Shown here: positions 28,087 to 33,739 of the stretch, piece by piece
Position numbering within the stretch: position 1 is the stretch's first letter
How the letters are laid out: every line of letters begins with the position of its first letter
DNA from: Salisapilia sapeloensis CBS 127946
Lineage: Eukaryota > Protista > Oomycota
DNA: 33,739 nt
Direction: 5' to 3'
Assembly (NCBI GenBank): GCA_023334545.1
Contig: JAADVB010000208.1
Span: 1-33,739, forward strand
Notes under the pieces: model-generated
What the model saw: the letters and a program-made list of their open reading frames with translations, nothing else
Told to the model about the DNA's origin: nothing
The model's database searches: none
Translations under genes and position numbers: made by a program

Positions 28087-29733
28087 CTAATTCCACTGTG
28101 ATGCTAAGGCACATGGTTTAATCGCGAGGACGGTGGCAATGGGGACGTGATTGGATGCTGCGTGCTTGTTTGGACGTATGCACGACGACGACGCTGTCGC
28201 GTACCGTGAAGATGTTGGAAGTTCAAGCACCTGAAAGGCTTCGACTGCGCGAACTGAGTGGAATACATAATCTGTTGTTGCTACCTCGCCGCTCGGATTA
28301 CTGTAGGTAAAGGTCGGCTCGTCATTGCCGATATTGAAGTTGGCGTACGCGTCGTCGAGTTGCAATGTATGCGAAACTTCTGGATTGCGTGTTGCTTGTT
28401 GAGCACCTTGCGCTAGACTCGATTGTGATGCAATGTGCTCGTGCACGGAGCCGTCTTCAAATCTTGGCGTAGTGCCGGAGCCGAACGAGAGCGGCAATGG
28501 ATTGACTAGAGGAGGGGGTTCCTGGTCGATTGCCAATGTGGATATATCCTGCTTCGTTGGTGCTATGCCGTGTTCGCGAAAGGATAGTAACGTGGTAATG
28601 GGGTCAGATGGAGCACTGAAGTGACCGTATCCTTGCACATTGCGAGCAGCTACGCGAAACTGATAGGTAACCCCAGCACTCAGCGTATTGACAATTATCC
28701 ACCTTTCAACGCTTTCAACGCTTTCTACCTCCACTTCATGCATGTACCCCAAAGCGGAGCTTTTGCAATTTTTAATCGCTATCTTATACCCCAGGATCTC
28801 ATCCTCTAACTCTCCTGTTTCCTCGAGCTCCCACTCCATGTATACAGAGCTAGGCGTAGGATCACTCACAATAGGCTTACAAGGCGCCTTTGGAGGCATC
28901 GGACGTGGCTTTCGACATCCATTCTGAACCAGATGATAGACATCACTCGATGGACTCGAATTAATCGACCCAGCTAATACGACGGGGAGATGTGTGTCAC
29001 TATTGAACTGTGCTATTGATCGGCATATATATAACGTCTGCAACTCTCGTACTTGCTCCATATCGGCGGTAGTACCGGATGCAAATTGGACGTTGGCAAG
29101 TACAAGCGCTGTGGGTAGTTTCGAAGTTTCCCACGGCTGCAGTTTAACAAAAATGGCAATGTTATCTTGTTGGACTTTGCTACGTATGTTGACGTCATTG
29201 ACATCTCGACGGATGTCATTGAGTTGGATAAAGCGAGAATCGAATAACTGAAAGATCGATTTCCGAAAAGCTATAACTAGTCCATCATCCATGTAAGCAG
29301 ATGGACGCTGGAAGTAGATGCTGTCATACCCATTGGAAGTGAGTTTTGCCGCCCAAAAGTCATCGTAGTCATCTACTTCCTATGAAGTTTAAGTGATACA
29401 ATACGAGGAAGAAGATAAAGGACGAAAGACACCTGCAAGCACATAATGTCTGCGTCGATATCCCACATTTCTCTACAAACGTAATTATGAATACATCCAA
29501 TTTTCAATCCATTAAGCTTAAAATTACTTTAGCAGCAGCTCTCGTCGTCGTGTGATGCTCAAGTATGCAGTGTCGAACCGATAAGCGACATCCGGACGTT
29601 GCAATCGTCGAGCTCCCAACTGCGAGAGCACATTGTAACTTAGCACAGAAACTTTCTCACAGTCGACAAGATGGCTCAATTGAATAATGTCTTTCTTTGC
29701 AGGCACAAATATTTTCTCTTCTTCCAATTCCAT
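28087..29733 (-). CDS. EEP-superfamily (CCR4/Angel/nocturnin-like) protein with inserted fibronectin type III domain (3 exons: 29733-29528, 29472-29433, 29379-28087)
   Basis: SYNVL and DADIMCLQ|EVD (restored by 55- and 53-nt introns), GLVIAFRK, LAGSINS, TTDYVFHS, ASNHVPI. FN3 (PKAP...VYMEWE...GYKI...TLSAGVTYQFRVAARNVQGYGHFSAPS) at ~28591-28893. Confidence 0.85.
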
Positions 29734-29895
29734 GCTACTGAGCACAATGCACAGGGTGTAGCTAAATATGGATGCACTCTACTTCGTTTCAAGATCTACT
29801 GATATCGACGATGTCAACACATACAAATTGCAAGTTTAAATTCAAAAAGATTCTCATCCAGTCCACCACAAATTCCTACTCTCCAAACCTAGAAA

Positions 29896-31407
29896 ATGGC
29901 GGAGGAAAAGATTGACGCCATTGTCCCGAAGGCAACGGAAACGAAGATCAATGCGCTCTTCAAGCGCAACCGTATTCGTGTGAAGGAACTCTTCCACCAC
30001 GGTCTCTCCCTTGAAGGGGAAACCGTGACAGTAAAGGGATGGGCGAAGACGTTGCGTCAGGCCGGCGCAGGTGCCTTTGCCTTCATCGAATTGAACGACG
30101 GATCTTGCTTCCAAGGTGTTCAGTGCGTCATCACGCGGGAGGACACCGAGAACTATGATGAGGCGTTGCAATCAGGTGGTTGTGGTGCCTCTTTTTCGGT
30201 GACTGGAAACGTCGTCAAGTCCCCCGCCAAGGGACAGGAGATTGAGCTAAAGGCAACTAAAATTGTGGTCCTTGGCGCCATCCCGGATAGTGCGACGTAT
30301 CCCATGTCCAAGAAGCGTCATACGTTGGAACACTTGCGTAACAATGCACACCTCCGACCTCGATCGAACATCCACGGTGCCGCCATGCGTGTGCGTCACG
30401 CCATGGCGTTAGCGACGCACCAGTTCTTTGACCAACGTGGTTTCTTGTACGTCCACACCCCGATTATCACTGAAAGTGACTGTGAAGGTGCAGGGGAAAT
30501 GTTTGGCGTTACGACGTTGCTGTCGCAACACCCGGACGGCAAGTTGCCGACAACGGAAAAAGATGGATCCACGCAGGTTGATTATTCCAAGGACTTCTTT
30601 GACCGTCCGAGTTTCCTCAGTGTTTCTGGTCAGTTGAACGTGGAAACCCACTGCTGTGCTCTTTCGGACGTGTACACGTTTGGACCTACTTTCCGTGCCG
30701 AGAACAGTAACACGTCGCGTCACTTGGCCGAATTCTGGATGGTTGAACCTGAGATTGCCTTTGCCGATTTGACGGAAGACATTGATCTTGCTGAAGACTA
30801 CTTGAAGTTCTGTGTCCAGTATGCGTTGGATCACTGTCAAGAAGATTTGCAGTTCTTTAACAAACAGGTGGAGAAGGGATTAATCGAGCGTCTTGACACG
30901 ACCGTCAACAATGCCTTTGAACGTATCTCGTACACGGACGCCGTTGCTCTTTTGCAGGAAGAGAAACACGCAAAGAAAGGAAAGTTTACAGTGAAGCCGG
31001 TGTGGGGTACGGACCTCGGATCGGAACACGAGCGATACCTTACGGAAGTTGTGTTCCAGAAACCAGTCGTCATCTTTGATTACCCGAAGGAATTCAAGAG
31101 TTTCTACATGCGTCTGAATGACGACGAAAAGACGGTTGCTGCTGCTGATGTGTTGGTGCCACATGTTGGTGAAATCATCGGTGGTTCTGCTCGTGAAGAA
31201 CGTCTGGATGTGTTGGAACGCCGTCTCGTGGAATCGGGCGCCAACCCGGAAGAGTACAAATGGTACTGTGACCTGCGCAAGTACGGTACTGTCCCGCACG
31301 CTGGCTTTGGTCTAGGCTTTGAACGACTCGTTCGTTTCGTTACGGGCATTGAAAACATTCGTGACGTCATTCCATTCCCTCGTTGGCCAGGTAACGCTGC
31401 GTTTTAA
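29896..31407 (+). CDS. asnS: Asparaginyl-tRNA synthetase (bacterial AsnS/plant-like type)
   Basis: OB-fold (VKGWAKTLR...FIELNDGSC), HLRPRSN, VSGQLNVE, YTFGPTFRAENSNTSRHLAEFWMVEPE, GEIIGGSAREER, PHAGFGLGFERL, IRDVIPFPR. Confidence 0.96.
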   Translation: MAEEKIDAIVPKATETKINALFKRNRIRVKELFHHGLSLEGETVTVKGWAKTLRQAGAGAFAFIELNDGSCFQGVQCVITREDTENYDEALQSGGCGASFSVTGNVVKSPAKGQEIELKATKIVVLGAIPDSATYPMSKKRHTLEHLRNNAHLRPRSNIHGAAMRVRHAMALATHQFFDQRGFLYVHTPIITESDCEGAGEMFGVTTLLSQHPDGKLPTTEKDGSTQVDYSKDFFDRPSFLSVSGQLNVETHCCALSDVYTFGPTFRAENSNTSRHLAEFWMVEPEIAFADLTEDIDLAEDYLKFCVQYALDHCQEDLQFFNKQVEKGLIERLDTTVNNAFERISYTDAVALLQEEKHAKKGKFTVKPVWGTDLGSEHERYLTEVVFQKPVVIFDYPKEFKSFYMRLNDDEKTVAAADVLVPHVGEIIGGSAREERLDVLERRLVESGANPEEYKWYCDLRKYGTVPHAGFGLGFERLVRFVTGIENIRDVIPFPRWPGNAAF

Positions 31408-31492
31408 ACAAGAAACAGTTTGCCATGAGTTTTGTCTTTTTATTGGAGTTAATGTATGAATTGTAACTGCAGTTGATTTGGTGTCTCTTGTG

Positions 31493-31882
31493 TTAGGGAT
31501 GACGGAAGAGTGTGATGCATTTCTTGCCGACGTTAAAACGGACAAAGTTCTTGGCTTCATACGTGAACGCTGTTTTGTATTCAGCTCCGACGATACAGTG
31601 CCACGTTGGACCATACTTTTCTTCCATCCAGGTTTTAATATGCTTTGCAATCTCCTTCTCTTCAGTGAACTGCTCCATGGCCACACCAGCTTGGGCAAGC
31701 GCATCATTCTATTTAAGATCTCTATTAGTTTATAATCTTGAGAAACAAGAATCATGTGGTTACTTTCATGTCGCCATGCTCATCCACTGCATATCACACA
31801 ATTAGCCTATACATATTTGCAATGCTTTAAACGTAGAAGGCATCTTACTGTCGGTCTCCATGTGCCTGCTTTGGTTGGTCAT
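31493..31882 (-). CDS. Divergent LC8-family dynein light chain (3 exons: 31882-31849, 31786-31764, 31708-31493)
   Basis: TDM|DEHGDMK|NDALAQAGVAMEQFTEEKEIAKHIKTWMEEKYGPTWHCIVG...LFR. Introns of 62 and 55 nt, GT-AG. Confidence 0.88.
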
Positions 31883-32083
31883 CTTGAGCTTTAGACGTCG
31901 TACAACTGGAAAAGTCGTGCAGATATCCGTCGCTTCGAGATATCTTTTTCCCGATTTAATATAAACTAATAAGTATATGGAGTACAAGTATATTGTATCA
32001 GATTAATAAAATCAAATTTTCTTTTCTTTTGTTTAGCATGAAAAGAGCGCGAATTGACAGAGCACTGATTTGTATTGGCCGAT

Positions 32084-32534
32084 ATGAATGCTTGGGGCGA
32101 GAACGCACGTGTGCAGCCTGACTTGTCATCCCGAATCGAGTACTCAGAAAAATATATTGACGATACACACGAGTACAGGTACTTGCTCTTTATATCCTCC
32201 TCTGTCAATTACATGCACGGACGAATGATGGACATGCGAATTAGACATGTCATTTTGCCAAAGGAGATGCAGCGCAACCTTCCGGAACGATTGCTTCGTG
32301 AAAACGAATGGCGTCAATTAGGTGTACAGCAAAGTCGTGGTTGGGAGCACTATGCAATTCACAAGTAAGAACGATGCCATTTATATCGATGTCATCATGC
32401 TAACGCTTATCAATAGACCGGAGCCTCATATTCTACTTTTCCGACGACCACTTGGAACGGACCCAACGACGGGTCACGTGAATTCGGAGCTAGAACGAGA
32501 AGCCAAGGAACGCTACGCGCGTGAATTCAATTAA
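32084..32534 (+). CDS. CKS1: Cyclin-dependent kinase regulatory subunit CKS1 (3 exons: 32084-32178, 32245-32364, 32417-32534)
   Basis: IEYSEKYIDDTHEYR|HVILPK...LLRENEWRQLGVQQSRGWEHYAIH|KPEPHILLFRRPL. Introns of 66 and 52 nt. Confidence 0.96.
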
Positions 32535-32669
32535 AAGCTTGCATTTCGACTCTTTTGTTTGAAAATGCAATATACTTTTTTTCTTAGCTCTTGTTTGTAT
32601 CACTGTTAATCAATTAATTATAAAGATATTTCTTACTTTTAATGGTGCCTTATATTGATGTATCGGGAA

Positions 32670-33170
32670 TTATACTTCATCATGATGAGCCCATTCGGAT
32701 TTGTTACTGGATAGACGGTCGCATGGCGTCGTAGACAGAGAAATATGTGGAGTGGAGGTTGCTCGGACGGCAGTATATCCATATCGTGGAGGCATGTCAA
32801 GATCCAGTTTGCACGCTCGGACTGCATCTGTAGCTTCCAGCTCTCTCGTCGGGTCGCATCGAAAAGTCGACTCTGGTGGCCATGGAGCTACGTCTGCGAA
32901 CATCCAGATACCATTATGGCGAAATAATTGAAATTCAGTCTCGTCATCAACGTCTTCATTTTCGAGTCTGGCGTAGACGGGAGTGTCCAAGTCCGATTGG
33001 GTGACTTCGAGAGATTGACGGATATACCGTCCATCCATGTTGGGAACACCAGATTCGCAGACGAAGAACTCACTTGCAAAAGAGTCGTATGGTGTCAGCA
33101 GGGTAGCTTTCGACGTAGAGCTTAAAAGCAAAAGAAGGGATTGAAAATAATTAAAGCTGCAGGTACGCAT
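32670..33170 (-). CDS. Hypothetical secretory-pathway protein ending in HDEV (ER-retention-like)
   Basis: 166 aa with a signal-peptide-like N-terminus (SLLLLLSS), four Cys in the mature region, FRHNGIWMFADVAPWPP core and C-terminal HDEV. Confidence 0.65.
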   Translation of the reverse strand: MRTCSFNYFQSLLLLLSSTSKATLLTPYDSFASEFFVCESGVPNMDGRYIRQSLEVTQSDLDTPVYARLENEDVDDETEFQLFRHNGIWMFADVAPWPPESTFRCDPTRELEATDAVRACKLDLDMPPRYGYTAVRATSTPHISLSTTPCDRLSSNKSEWAHHDEV

Positions 33171-33739
33171 GCTGAGTGCTTGGTGGTAGATGTTAAGACT
33201 GAAGGCTAAGTAAATATACGACTTGTGCGAATAGTCACATGGGATAAGGCTTTGTTATAATTCTACTGCATATTCCAAGTTCCTGTGGCTGACAACTACT
33301 ATCAGAAAGGCTAAAGACGCTTGAGACTATTAAGTGCCTCCACTGCTCTTGTAAAATTGATCTGTATGCTATGTTACTTGCGACTCCTTATGTACCTGAG
33401 CAACTTTTGCTGCACAGACCATGCTACTTCGCGTACATGCTGACAATACAAATAGTTTGGTTGAGTCATATAGGAGACAAACAATGCCTGCTTGAAGGAA
33501 AGGCTAAGGCATCCATAACTTCTTTTATATAGCTAAAGGCCATGCTGCTTGTAAAAAGTCGGTGAAAGTTAGATCATGTTTCAGTACCAATGCCCGACAA
33601 CATTCACTGAGCTGCATGCTTATGATCAACAGGCCCCCCAACTCACAAACCACACACATTCAGTAGACTGCATTCGAGAGAAGCGAACAAAGAGAGATCG
33701 GATTGGAAACTTCAATTGGTTGCTGTTTGATTTATTATC

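Noticed and set aside
33180-33560. Recurring short words (GAAAGGCTAA, GCTGACAA, TGC-CTTGTAAAA) at the right end
   Set aside because: Matches are 8-13 nt with inconsistent spacing; not enough to call a repeat unit or element. May belong to a feature outside the window.
1-33739. CRISPR arrays, rRNA, transposase/RT/integrase ORFs, LTRs or telomeric repeats
   Set aside because: None seen. The window is eukaryotic, with no regularly spaced repeats or mobile-element coding motifs.

Overview
Eukaryotic, gene-dense window, most likely from an oomycete or a close stramenopile relative. This is inferred from INR+FPR-type core promoters, oomycete-style MARVEL proteins and a mastigoneme-type EGF protein. 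I can support 26 protein-coding genes and one tRNA-Ser(AGA). Twelve introns are modelled, all GT-AG and 49-66 nt long. The left ~7.5 kb is a + strand tandem array of six diverged MARVEL/CASP-like membrane proteins. It has a tRNA inside it and a ~1.23 kb duplication that kept non-coding blocks. The rest is a near-perfectly strand-alternating run of mostly housekeeping and flagellar genes: ETFA, DAD1, RPB6, RBM42, DNAAF2, WDR75, LAMTOR4, TRM5, SFC1, AsnRS, an LC8-like dynein light chain and CKS1. The best candidate for a new system is a head-to-head pair of paralogous small proteins (12864-13448 minus, 14334-14927 plus). Each appears to be a stand-alone MLKL-NTD/RPW8/HeLo-like four-helix bundle behind an S/T/N-rich extension, with no kinase or NLR domain attached. 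Also notable are a CCR4/Angel-type nuclease with an FN3 domain inserted inside the fold and altered catalytic motifs, and an orphan with three internal beta-rich repeats. All family calls come from motif recognition by eye; no searches were run. Several ORF-track starts are TTG/GTG and were corrected to the first ATG.
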